Shown piece by piece: positions 8,858-17,071 of a stretch of 32,000 nt of DNA. The notes beneath the pieces are model-generated. The model searched no databases. It was not told the DNA's origin and worked only from the letters and a program-made list of their open reading frames with translations. The DNA lies in NCBI RefSeq assembly GCF_000186885.1, contig NC_014972.1, positions 3,390,001 through 3,422,000 on the forward strand, written 5' to 3'. How positions within the stretch are numbered: the stretch's first letter is position 1; each line of letters starts with the position of its first letter. This DNA is from Desulfobulbus propionicus DSM 2032 (GTDB taxonomy: Bacteria; Desulfobacterota; Desulfobulbia; Desulfobulbales; Desulfobulbaceae). The position numbers and the translations under genes are program-made.

Positions 8858-9643
8858 ATGCTCATTTACCTTGATCATATTGATTCCACCAATCGTTTGG
8901 CCAAAGAACTCGCCCTTGAAGGGAAGCCTTCCGGGACGGTTGTTTGCGCCGAACGTCAAACGTCCGGCAGGGGGCAACACGGTCGCAATTTTGTTTCGCC
9001 AAAAGGCGGACTCTATTTTTCGCTTTTGCTCATGCCCGATATATCGCCGGAGCGCTTGCCATTGGTCACCTTGGCAACAGGGCTCGCCTGCCGCGCATGC
9101 CTTTGCGAGCGATTCAGCCTGCAGGCCCATATCAAGTGGCCCAACGACCTGTATGTTCATGGCCGCAAAATCGCTGGTATCCTGTGCGAACGAGTGCTCC
9201 CGAACAACAGCGGTTCGCCCCGGCCCATGGTGATCATCGGTGTCGGCCTGAACGTGAATAGTGCCCTGGCCGATTTTCCCGAAGAGTTGCAGCCGTTGGT
9301 GACGAGTGTGTATGAACAGGCCAGCATCCGCACCGATTTAAAGATGCTCCTTCCTGCAGTGGTGGAAAAAATCATCGCAACAATCCACCGACTGCAATCG
9401 GATTCAGCGGTTCTTCTCGCCCAATGGCAGGAATATGATTACTTATTGAACAAACCGGTGGTCTATACCAATGGCCCAGTGACGCTGCACGGCATCGGCC
9501 TTGGCCTGACCCCCCAAGGGCTTTACCGGTTTGTCGATACCGAAGGAAATGACCACTGTATTGTCGGTGGTCAACTCCGCCCCGGGGAAGGCGGGAAACA
9601 ACCTGCCGAAACCATGCCCGCCGCACTCCCCGATTCCATTTAA
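8858..9643 (+). CDS. birA: Biotin--[acetyl-CoA-carboxylase] ligase, with no N-terminal HTH repressor domain
   Basis: Motifs present are LDHIDSTNRLAKELA, ERQTSGRGQHGRNFVSPKGGLYFS, and KWPNDLYVHGRKIAGIL. The start is ambiguous between ATG 8858 (MLIYLDHIDSTN, which resembles short biotin ligases) and ATG 8831. Neither has a clear ribosome-binding site. Confidence 0.85.
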   Translation: MLIYLDHIDSTNRLAKELALEGKPSGTVVCAERQTSGRGQHGRNFVSPKGGLYFSLLLMPDISPERLPLVTLATGLACRACLCERFSLQAHIKWPNDLYVHGRKIAGILCERVLPNNSGSPRPMVIIGVGLNVNSALADFPEELQPLVTSVYEQASIRTDLKMLLPAVVEKIIATIHRLQSDSAVLLAQWQEYDYLLNKPVVYTNGPVTLHGIGLGLTPQGLYRFVDTEGNDHCIVGGQLRPGEGGKQPAETMPAALPDSI

Positions 9644-9668
9644 CTCGGCGCTTAACAGGTTGATTTCT

Positions 9669-10676
9669 ATGGAAGCACTCACATTCTATGCCCTCGTCGC
9701 AAGCGAAAGGGAAGACCACTCCGTTCATTGCGCAGTCAGACAACGATCAATCAGCGACCTTCCGCCTGGGGATGTGCTGGTCCGGGTCCACTATTCCTCG
9801 CTCAACTATAAGGATGCGCTCTCAGCCAGCGGCAACCGTGGGGTCACCAAATCCTACCCGCATACGCCTGGGATCGATGCCGCCGGAATTGTCGTCCAGT
9901 CCACCGATTCCCGGTGGCAGCAAGGAGATGAGGTGATCTGTACCGGGTATGATTTGGGGATGAATACCGATGGCGGCTTTGGTCAATATATCCGAATACC
10001 CGGCGAGTGGCTGGTTCGCAAACCGTCCTCCCTGACCCTGCTCGAATCGATGCAGTTGGGGACAGCAGGGTTTACCGCCGCCTTGAGCGTTCTCGGGCTT
10101 GAAACCAATGGCATTGCCCCGAGCAAAGGTCCAATCCTTGTCACCGGAGCAACCGGAGGTGTGGGGACGATAACGATCATCCTGCTGCGAAAGCTTGGTT
10201 ATCAGATCGTGGCCTTAACCGGAAAACCGGATGTCGATGATTTTCTCCTTGATCTTGGCGTCAGTACCATTCTTCCCCGAGACGAATTGTTGCAGGGCAA
10301 GGCTCGGCAACTTTTGCCCGCACGCTGGGCTGGCGTGGTTGACACCGTCGGTGGGGATATTCTCGCTACGGCGATCAAGGGGACCGGATTTGACGGGGTG
10401 GTCACCAGTTGCGGTAACGCCGCATCCGGTGAGCTCGCACTGAACGTGTATCCCTTTATTCTGCGCGGTGTCCACTTGCTGGGAATCTATTCAGCCAATT
10501 GTCCCCGGGACAAACGGCTCCGCGTCTGGAACAAATTGGCGGCAGAATGGAAGCCCACTGAACTGAGCCGTATATGCCGGATGATTCAACTGCATGACTT
10601 GGAACGAGAAATCGGCGCGATGCTTGCCGGTAACAGCAAGGGACGTTGTGTCGTCGATTTGGGGGAAGAACCATGA
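9669..10676 (+). CDS. NADPH:quinone oxidoreductase / acrylyl-CoA reductase of the YhdH/AcuI family (MDR superfamily)
   Basis: The translation reads DVLVRVHYSSLNYKDALSASGNRGVTKSYPHTPGIDAAGIVV...ILVTGATGGVG. The ATG at 9669 gives an N-terminus collinear with E. coli YhdH as I recall it. The longer ORF start at 9531 overlaps birA. Confidence 0.8.
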   Translation: MEALTFYALVASEREDHSVHCAVRQRSISDLPPGDVLVRVHYSSLNYKDALSASGNRGVTKSYPHTPGIDAAGIVVQSTDSRWQQGDEVICTGYDLGMNTDGGFGQYIRIPGEWLVRKPSSLTLLESMQLGTAGFTAALSVLGLETNGIAPSKGPILVTGATGGVGTITIILLRKLGYQIVALTGKPDVDDFLLDLGVSTILPRDELLQGKARQLLPARWAGVVDTVGGDILATAIKGTGFDGVVTSCGNAASGELALNVYPFILRGVHLLGIYSANCPRDKRLRVWNKLAAEWKPTELSRICRMIQLHDLEREIGAMLAGNSKGRCVVDLGEEP

Positions 10677-11644
10677 GTGTTGCCTTGGCAAAAGAAGTGT
10701 TGACCATAGAATCGGAAGGACTTCTCGCAGTCCGAGATAATTTGGGCGAGGAATTTGAGCGGGCAGTGGATATTATCATGGCTTGCCCCAGCCGATTGGT
10801 GGTTACCGGGATCGGTAAATCCGGGTTGATCGGACAAAAGATTGCCGCCACCCTCAATTCGACCGGCACCCGGTCTTTTTTCCTGCACCCAGTCGAGGCC
10901 ATGCACGGTGATCTGGGTATGGTCGCGGCGACTGATGTGGTTCTGGCCATTTCCTATTCAGGCGAGACCTCGGAACTCAACCGGCTGTTGAGCAGCCTGA
11001 AAGAACGCCAGACACAAATCATCGCCATCTGCGGAAAACTGGATTCCAATTTGGCTCGACATGCGCTTGTCACCCTGAATGTATCCATTCCACGGGAAGC
11101 ATGTTCATTGGGACTGGCCCCCACCACCTCCACCACGGCGACCCTGGCCATGGGCGATGCGCTTGCCGTAGCTTTGCTGAATCGCAAACAATTCGGTGCC
11201 GAGGATTTCCGGCGGAACCATCCTGGCGGCAGCCTGGGGGCGCGACTGAAGGTCGCCATTCGTGAAGTCATGCTCACCGGGGAAAGAGTCCCGTCAGTGA
11301 CAACCGAGGCATCCTTGGCCATGGCGGTAGCGGAACTGAATGAGAAAAACCTTGGCGCCGTGTTTGTCACCGATGATCAAGGGGTACTGCGGGGCATTGT
11401 AACCGATGGCGATATCAGAAGGCTGTTGTCCGCGGGAAAAAGCCTAGAGAACACATCGCTTGCTGCGGGAATGACCCACGATCCGGTGGCCATCGCCAGC
11501 GATCTGATGGCCGCCGATGCGCTCAGCATCATGCAGCAACATGAAATTACTGTCCTCGCCGTGGTGACCCAAGAGAGACGGCTTGCCGGAATCCTGCACC
11601 TGCACAATCTTCTCGGCAAGGGCGAATTCAGGTTCCTTATTTAA
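10673..11644 (+). CDS. kdsD: Arabinose-5-phosphate isomerase (KpsF/KdsD family; SIS domain plus tandem CBS domains)
   Basis: The SIS motif reads RLVVTGIGKSGLIGQKIAATLNSTGTRSFFLHPVEAMHGDLGM. The C-terminal CBS pair is seen in GAVFVTDDQGVLRGIVTDGDIRR...VLAVV. The start overlaps the upstream stop as ATGA (10673-10676). Confidence 0.85.
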   Translation: MSVALAKEVLTIESEGLLAVRDNLGEEFERAVDIIMACPSRLVVTGIGKSGLIGQKIAATLNSTGTRSFFLHPVEAMHGDLGMVAATDVVLAISYSGETSELNRLLSSLKERQTQIIAICGKLDSNLARHALVTLNVSIPREACSLGLAPTTSTTATLAMGDALAVALLNRKQFGAEDFRRNHPGGSLGARLKVAIREVMLTGERVPSVTTEASLAMAVAELNEKNLGAVFVTDDQGVLRGIVTDGDIRRLLSAGKSLENTSLAAGMTHDPVAIASDLMAADALSIMQQHEITVLAVVTQERRLAGILHLHNLLGKGEFRFLI

Positions 11645-11672
11645 AGGGGGACTTGAAACGATTTCGCCTTAC

Positions 11673-14078
11673 TTACTGGCCACCATAAACAGACCATTTT
11701 CCCGTACTGGCATCGAACATGTAATTGAGTTCAATCTTGGAAGCACTCCCTTGACTGCGTTCGACACAGGTCAGGGTATAGACGCTTTTGGACCCGATCT
11801 TTTTGAGAAAGACGGCCTTGGGTTGGGACAGCTGTGATCCGCGGAACGTCGGGTAATTGTTGCGGAAAATTTCCTCGAAATGCTCTTCCAGCCAAGCTAT
11901 TTTTTCGCTTTGGCCGATACGCTCCTGCTGTTTGTTCATTCTCTCATTCACTTTGCGCAGGACATTTTTCACCGCCGGGTCCTCGGCGTACTTGCTTGAT
12001 CGGATGAGTCGTTGAATCTCCCGGCTGTGGTTCAACACACCCGCTCCGTCTCCCTTGCCTTCAGCGATCAATACTTGATCCTGAATCTGGGCGATTTGCA
12101 CGAGGAGCAGGGTCTTCTCAATCTTGCCGACCGATTCCCCGTGCATGCTGCCCGCGCTGTCAGGCTCGCTGGTCAACAGGTTCAACGCATTCTGATATTC
12201 GGCGATGGCCTGCTCCCAATTCTTGGCCTGATAGGCCTCGCGTGCCGTGGACAACATCAGATACAGTCGCGCGTTGACCAGAAGCTGGTGCAGGTCTTGC
12301 CGTTCTTTTTCGGTCACCACATTAGGGTTGGCCGTGATGGACTGCTGGGCTTGCTCGAGAAACCTGATGGTCTCTTGCCACTGCGATTGGGTGAAGGCTT
12401 TTTTGGACTGATCCAGCTCATGACGGAAGGTAGCGGCGGTCATTCGATGGGTGATATCGCTTGCCGTCCCCAATGTTGTACTGTTTGCGGACAGGGTCAG
12501 CGCCTTCCTGTACGCCTCGGCGGCCTGGTTCCAATTCTTTTCCTGTTCGGCCCGCTCGGCCACGGCAAGTGCGTGCTGCAATTCCAGTGATTGCAGTACG
12601 TCCTGGATGGCTGATTGTTGTTTGATCAGTTTGTGTTCGGTGGCGAACGTCAATGCCTGACGATACAAGGCAATAGCCTCTCCGATCTTATTCTGACTGG
12701 CCAAGGCCTGTGCCTGGTCGGTCAGGACAATCAATTGCTGCTGCGCGGCAGCCATATCGGCCGAGACATATTCTCCCTGAAAAAAAACACGTCCCTTCAA
12801 TCCCTCCTGCAATTCGCTCGAGGTCATCAGGGCAGTGATCTTGTTTTCCAGGGCTCCCTTACGAAACCGGAGGATGGAAAGCCCGCCCAGTCGCGATCTT
12901 GCCGCCTCCAATGTTTCAAGCGCGCCGTCAAACTGTTTTTTCTCGATCTGCAGCTGGCCTTTGAGCAAACTGGCCTGACTTTGGCTGATGATGTTCTGAT
13001 CCTTAAAATAGAGCAACACAGCCCCGATGCCCAGCGTGATGAGCAGCACGGCGAGCAAAATCGGCTTGAAGGGAATGGACCCGCCCCAGGCCGGAATGCG
13101 AGCACGGGCTTTCGCGGGCAGGGAAACCGTGGCCTCCGGGGGCTCGCGCCGTTCACCCGCCTCTCGAAGCTTGGGCGACATTCCAACTGATTGGGCGAGC
13201 TGATACGTTTGCTGAATCCGGGTGCGAATGGTCTCGGCTCCTGGAGCATCGGCGGCGATGGCCAGCAGGTTATCCACCACCTCAAGGGCCTCGTCGTATT
13301 TGCCCACATCCTCGAGCTGTTCGGCAAGCTTATAGAGCTGATCCGTTTTCCGCAGCACCTTGCCGATGTTTTGCTGTATCTCTTCCCTGTCGGGAAATTC
13401 GGCATGCGGCGGCATGTCGGCGAGCAGCTTGTTGGCGGTGAAGATGTTGTTCTGCGCCACCAGCTCTCGGACGTGTGCGATTTCCGCTGCCGTCACCGGT
13501 TGTTCGGGGGCAAGAAAATCATCACTCTCCAAGCCCAGCGAAGCAAAGGTATCATCGACCAACGAGTCCAGTTCCACCTCCGTTTCTTGAATATCGGCCA
13601 CGCTCACCGAATCAAGCGGCAGCTGATCCTGATGCGACCGATACCACTCCGCGGCTTCCTGATTGAACGGATCGTCGAGATGGAAGATGTTGCCGCTGAT
13701 CATCTCGCCAAGATGGAGTACTAACTCAGGCAGGGAGGGATTGTGTTGCCATTGGTCGGCTATGCGGATGGCTGCGGGATCGAAATCCGGGTGAAACAAT
13801 GGGGTCAGGGGCTTGGCGATGGGCGCGAAATGGGGATAGCCAAAGGGCAGACTGATATGGATGCGATGCTTCTGGCCGATGACGATGTTATTATCGGCAT
13901 CCTTGACAAAGCCACGTAGCGAATATTCAATCTCATAGTTGTCCGGCGGTTGGCCGTCAGCCTTGAGAATTGCAATATTGGGGTAGAGTTCAAGAAGGTC
14001 TTTGAGCTGCGTGTAATCTTCCGCAAGCTGCTGTGAGCCCATGGCCATACAATAACCTTGTAATGTGCGAGTGATCAT
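11673..14078 (-). CDS. Membrane-anchored protein with an N-terminal UBC/E2-fold-like domain that lacks Cys, one TM helix, and a long TPR-like helical region
   Basis: Residues about 15-150 carry LPFGYPHFAPIAKPLTPLFHPDFDPAAIRIADQW..PSLPELVLHLGEMIS....DDPFNQEAAEWY, which is collinear with the E2 core (YPfkPP...HPN...ICL...W.P...DP.n.eaA..y). The TM helix FKPILLAVLLITLGIGAVLLYF lies at about 13008-13070. Repeated W/Y..A...Y..AL motifs include KNWNQAAEAYRKALTL, KNWEQAIAEYQNALNLL and IGEAIALYRQALTFA. The true start may be the internal ATG at 14048 or 14042. The confidence value refers to the existence of the CDS; the fold assignment is less certain (see findings). Confidence 0.8.
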   Translation of the reverse strand: MITRTLQGYCMAMGSQQLAEDYTQLKDLLELYPNIAILKADGQPPDNYEIEYSLRGFVKDADNNIVIGQKHRIHISLPFGYPHFAPIAKPLTPLFHPDFDPAAIRIADQWQHNPSLPELVLHLGEMISGNIFHLDDPFNQEAAEWYRSHQDQLPLDSVSVADIQETEVELDSLVDDTFASLGLESDDFLAPEQPVTAAEIAHVRELVAQNNIFTANKLLADMPPHAEFPDREEIQQNIGKVLRKTDQLYKLAEQLEDVGKYDEALEVVDNLLAIAADAPGAETIRTRIQQTYQLAQSVGMSPKLREAGERREPPEATVSLPAKARARIPAWGGSIPFKPILLAVLLITLGIGAVLLYFKDQNIISQSQASLLKGQLQIEKKQFDGALETLEAARSRLGGLSILRFRKGALENKITALMTSSELQEGLKGRVFFQGEYVSADMAAAQQQLIVLTDQAQALASQNKIGEAIALYRQALTFATEHKLIKQQSAIQDVLQSLELQHALAVAERAEQEKNWNQAAEAYRKALTLSANSTTLGTASDITHRMTAATFRHELDQSKKAFTQSQWQETIRFLEQAQQSITANPNVVTEKERQDLHQLLVNARLYLMLSTAREAYQAKNWEQAIAEYQNALNLLTSEPDSAGSMHGESVGKIEKTLLLVQIAQIQDQVLIAEGKGDGAGVLNHSREIQRLIRSSKYAEDPAVKNVLRKVNERMNKQQERIGQSEKIAWLEEHFEEIFRNNYPTFRGSQLSQPKAVFLKKIGSKSVYTLTCVERSQGSASKIELNYMFDASTGKWSVYGGQ

Positions 14079-14326
14079 CGGTGTCGGCCGACAAAGGGAC
14101 GAGAAGCCGTCAACCGGAATACGGAAATGCTGTCTGAAAGGGCGCAGCGGTCGTTATTTCGATGTAGTGTAAAGCATTTACTCAGGGGAAACAAGCGAGC
14201 TTTAATCGACCACGGAAAAAGTCCCTCTGGGGAGGCACGGAAGAAGTGATTGAGAGTTCAAGGATTCACGTGTACATTTGCGGCTAGTGCGTCCATTGTC
14301 TGAAACTGCTCGGGTACCGGGGGCTG

Positions 14327-14959
14327 ATGCATACCTTCAAGGCCGTTTTTGAAATCATCCACGTCAGGAATTGTCCCCTGTACACCCAAGACGAACGTTT
14401 TCTCCTGACGGACAAAGCTGTCGAGTTGCCGTTGGGCCGCGCATCGTGCCTCATTCTGATCCGGGAACTGACCGGCCTGCTGTTCTCCCTGCTGCCCCAT
14501 GCCGCCGCCAATTTTGCCGATCAACGCCATTCGGTCTTCACCTGCGGGGGATGCACCGGTTTGATCAAATTCTCATTGACCGATAAGCCGTTCGTCGGCA
14601 GTGCGGACGGTCAGGCCTTGCCGATGAAGAAAAACAGCGAGGCGGTCATCAGCGGCAGAATCGAGGCGATTGCACCTGCGGAGCTCCTCCAAGTTTTTCA
14701 CATGCACCAGAAAACCGGCCGGCTCATCCTGGAATTCGAACAGGGATCGGCCCGGGTGACCTTCCGTGAAGGCGGACTGCTTGCCGCCCGTTTTGGGGAT
14801 CTGGACAACCAGGAGGCGATCTATGCCATGCTTTCGCAAAAAAAGGGAACCTTCCACTTCATTCCAGGCCTGCCAGAGGCTTTGATGACCACCCGTGAAC
14901 TGGGCGACTTCATGATGATCCTCATGGAGGGTCTGCGGCGTCTCGACGAAAGCGCCTAA
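14327..14959 (+). CDS. DUF4388 (PATAN-type) domain protein with a Cys-containing N-terminal extension
   Basis: The C-terminal half, ISGRIEAIAPAELLQVFHMHQKTGRLILEFEQGSARVTFREGGLLAARFGDLDNQEAIYAMLSQKKGTFHFIP, fits the DUF4388 pattern. The N-terminal ~100 aa carry C16, C41 and a CGGC pair. Third codon positions are strongly G/C in this frame. A domain-only start at ATG 14624 is possible. Confidence 0.7.
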   Translation: MHTFKAVFEIIHVRNCPLYTQDERFLLTDKAVELPLGRASCLILIRELTGLLFSLLPHAAANFADQRHSVFTCGGCTGLIKFSLTDKPFVGSADGQALPMKKNSEAVISGRIEAIAPAELLQVFHMHQKTGRLILEFEQGSARVTFREGGLLAARFGDLDNQEAIYAMLSQKKGTFHFIPGLPEALMTTRELGDFMMILMEGLRRLDESA

Positions 14960-14979
14960 CATCCGCCTCCTTTTTGCCT

Positions 14980-15636
14980 TCAGTCCCCGCTTGCCTCTTG
15001 AAACGGCGGCAACTGGACGATACTGGAAAAATCGTCCACATGATAGCGGGCCGCGAGCGCCCTGTTGCGAAAAGCGATCAGGTCGATACCAACGCTGGCG
15101 CAGTGCTCTTGGTCGATCACCGAATCGCCGATATAAATCGTTTCCGCCGGCCGGACCTGAAAATGATCAAGAATCATCACCAAGCCATCCGGAGCCGGTT
15201 TGGGCCGCGGGGCGACGGTAGCGGTGACCACCATGTCGAACCACGGACGAAGGGCGAAGGTGTCGAGGATGGTGTCCATGGTATCGGTGCGATTGGTCGA
15301 GATGGCGGTATGATAACGGGGTTTGATCAGGCGCAGAAAATCCATCAAGTCCGGCTCCATGGTCATGTAGCGGAGGTAGGGCGTGTATTCGTGACTGGCA
15401 CGGTAGGCATTGACCCTGCCCAGATCAATTTCCGGATACTTGCGAAAAATATGGGCCACCGAATTGTTGACGTTGTGGATGTGGACATACTCGAGCTCTT
15501 CCGCATCCATCGGCCCGCAGCCAAAGGCCGACAACAGGTGATTGTAGTACACCCGGTTGGATTCCCGGGAACTGAACATGACCCCGTCACAGTCAAAGAC
15601 GACAAGTTTCAGCATACACAATGAGCCTCGGGCCAC
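14980..15636 (-). CDS. HAD-superfamily hydrolase (phosphoglycolate-phosphatase-like)
   Basis: Motif I reads LVVFDCDGVMF. Motif II region reads AISTNR. Motif IV reads IYIGDSVIDQEHCASVG. Either the GTG at 15636 (which abuts the upstream stop) or the ATG at 15615 (MLKLVVFDCDG) could be the start. Confidence 0.8.
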   Translation of the reverse strand: MARGSLCMLKLVVFDCDGVMFSSRESNRVYYNHLLSAFGCGPMDAEELEYVHIHNVNNSVAHIFRKYPEIDLGRVNAYRASHEYTPYLRYMTMEPDLMDFLRLIKPRYHTAISTNRTDTMDTILDTFALRPWFDMVVTATVAPRPKPAPDGLVMILDHFQVRPAETIYIGDSVIDQEHCASVGIDLIAFRNRALAARYHVDDFSSIVQLPPFQEASGD

Positions 15637-16302
15637 TCACGGCACAAGGCCGCGCGTCTCCCTGGTGAGTTGATCAAAAAAAATTTCCATGAATGCGTGC
15701 CGCGCCTCGGCCATGTCCCGCCCTACTGGAGTGAGCATTTGCTCGCGAACCTTCGACATTTTGACCTGAAATTCGCGGTAGGCCGTATCATCCAGCGAAT
15801 AGGCCGAGGTCAAGGACGGATCCTGTTCCGGGTTATGCAGCCGGGCACCGATCTGGCCGGCAAAGAGAAAGGCCCGGCCAATCCCGATGGCGCCGATGGA
15901 ATCGAGCTTGTCGGCATCAAAGAGGATTTTGGCCTCCAGGCTGCGCGGTAGGCAGCCGCCGCGGAAACGATGGCTGCGAATGCAGTGACAGATTGCCGTG
16001 ACATCGGGCTCGTCATAGCGCAGGTCCCGGAGAATCGGCGCCGCCAGTTCCGCCCCCCGAAGGGCATGGCAGAGGCGCCCGCGGCTCATGCTTTCTTCCC
16101 GACGACCTATGTCGTGCAGAAGCGCTGCGGGCGTGAGAATTTCCGGCCGAGCACCCATCCTGCGCCCAATGGCCAAGGCTGTCGCCAGCACCCGCTCGCT
16201 GTGATCGGGGCCGTGCGAGCCGCCTTCAGCGACGCAAAACGAATGACTGATCGCCCGGAGACGTTGCAGAAGCGGGACAGCAATGGGTGGAGAGGCATGC
16301 AT
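15637..16302 (-). CDS. HD-domain metal-dependent phosphohydrolase
   Basis: Motifs present are HGPDHSERVLATALAIG and AALLHDIGRRE, with later LFDADKLDSIGAIG. The substrate cannot be read from the sequence. Confidence 0.75.
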   Translation of the reverse strand: MHASPPIAVPLLQRLRAISHSFCVAEGGSHGPDHSERVLATALAIGRRMGARPEILTPAALLHDIGRREESMSRGRLCHALRGAELAAPILRDLRYDEPDVTAICHCIRSHRFRGGCLPRSLEAKILFDADKLDSIGAIGIGRAFLFAGQIGARLHNPEQDPSLTSAYSLDDTAYREFQVKMSKVREQMLTPVGRDMAEARHAFMEIFFDQLTRETRGLVP

Positions 16303-16330
16303 GACTGCCGGGGCACTCCCTGTTCCGCCC

Positions 16331-17071
16331 CTACTCGCCGAAGAATTCCTGCAACAGCCATCGAATCCCGAGCAGCAACAGCTCGTCGTCGTCCCCGGCC
16401 AGCCCCTTGAGCTGCTGGGGGGTGAGCGGTCGCTGCAGGGCGATGCGGCCGGCGGTCATTTCGCGGCGGAACTGGTCCAGATCATAGAGCGCCAGCATGT
16501 ACTGATCCAACTGCTGGCGGGTGGGGCGGAAAGTTCGGTTCTGAATTTGCCGATGCTGTAGCAACGGCAGCAAGGCATCGTTATACCGGTTGTACGCCTC
16601 CAACCCCTGCTCGTGGAGATAGGCCGCCACCGTCTGCTGCCGCTCCTGCTCAAAGCCCCGGCAATGGGGTTCACGCAACAGAACCAGCGATTCGAGCGGC
16701 GCGCCCTCCGCGCCCCTGGTGGCCCCCCGCCCAAGGGGATAGGCGCGGCAGCTGCCAGGCCGATCCTCATACACCGAGCACCCCTGAGAACCGACAAACA
16801 CACAGGAAGCCCGGCCGTCGTCAACCATGGTCAGATAACACAAGGGAAAGAGCTGTTGTTCGTCCCATTCGATGATCACATACTGCTCCAGGAATTGTCC
16901 GGAGGTCAGTTGCAGGTTGCGGCGCAACCGCACAACATCGTAGGGGGTCAGGGTCAAGTCCAGCTCCCGGCAACACTCGGTGAAGCAGGACACGCCGGGA
17001 TGGCAGGCGAACTCAAACGCCTGCTCGGCGGCAATCGCTTGAAAAGCTTCTGGAAGTTCTTTAAGACTCAC
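16331..17071 (-). CDS. YkgJ-family (UPF0153) cysteine-cluster protein
   Basis: Motifs present are FACHPGVSCFTECCRE and CVFVGSQGCSVYEDRPGSCRAYP. The GTG start at 17071 overlaps the last 11 nt of secDF. Confidence 0.7.
   Translation of the reverse strand: MSLKELPEAFQAIAAEQAFEFACHPGVSCFTECCRELDLTLTPYDVVRLRRNLQLTSGQFLEQYVIIEWDEQQLFPLCYLTMVDDGRASCVFVGSQGCSVYEDRPGSCRAYPLGRGATRGAEGAPLESLVLLREPHCRGFEQERQQTVAAYLHEQGLEAYNRYNDALLPLLQHRQIQNRTFRPTRQQLDQYMLALYDLDQFRREMTAGRIALQRPLTPQQLKGLAGDDDELLLLGIRWLLQEFFGE

Noticed and set aside
8721-9233. A 170-aa ORF starts inside dsrD and runs through the terminator into birA.
   Set aside because: It crosses a strong terminator. It is out of frame with the well-supported birA reading frame, and its product is Cys/Pro/Ser-rich with no motifs.
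2218-14078. GC content looks heterogeneous. Hand-counted 60-nt lines in dprA and rpe gave about 70-83% GC. Several lines in birA, the yhdH-like gene and the E2-like gene gave about 47-55%. This could hint at horizontal acquisition of the 8.8-14.1 kb block.
   Set aside because: The sampling was sparse, and other lines in the supposedly low-GC block reached 63-70% (12001 in the E2-like gene, 11101 in kpsF). No flanking repeats, tRNA or integrase are present. A proper sliding-window GC and codon-usage calculation is needed before any such claim.
14258-14530. A 90-aa minus-strand ORF overlaps the N-terminal extension of the DUF4388 gene. If real, it would shorten that gene to a 14624 start.
   Set aside because: I counted codon positions by hand. 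The plus frame has clearly higher G/C at third positions (roughly three quarters) than the minus frame, whose third positions coincide with plus-frame first positions and are near 55%. The minus product starts with a G/Q low-complexity run. The matter is not fully excluded, so it is flagged in the DUF4388 finding.
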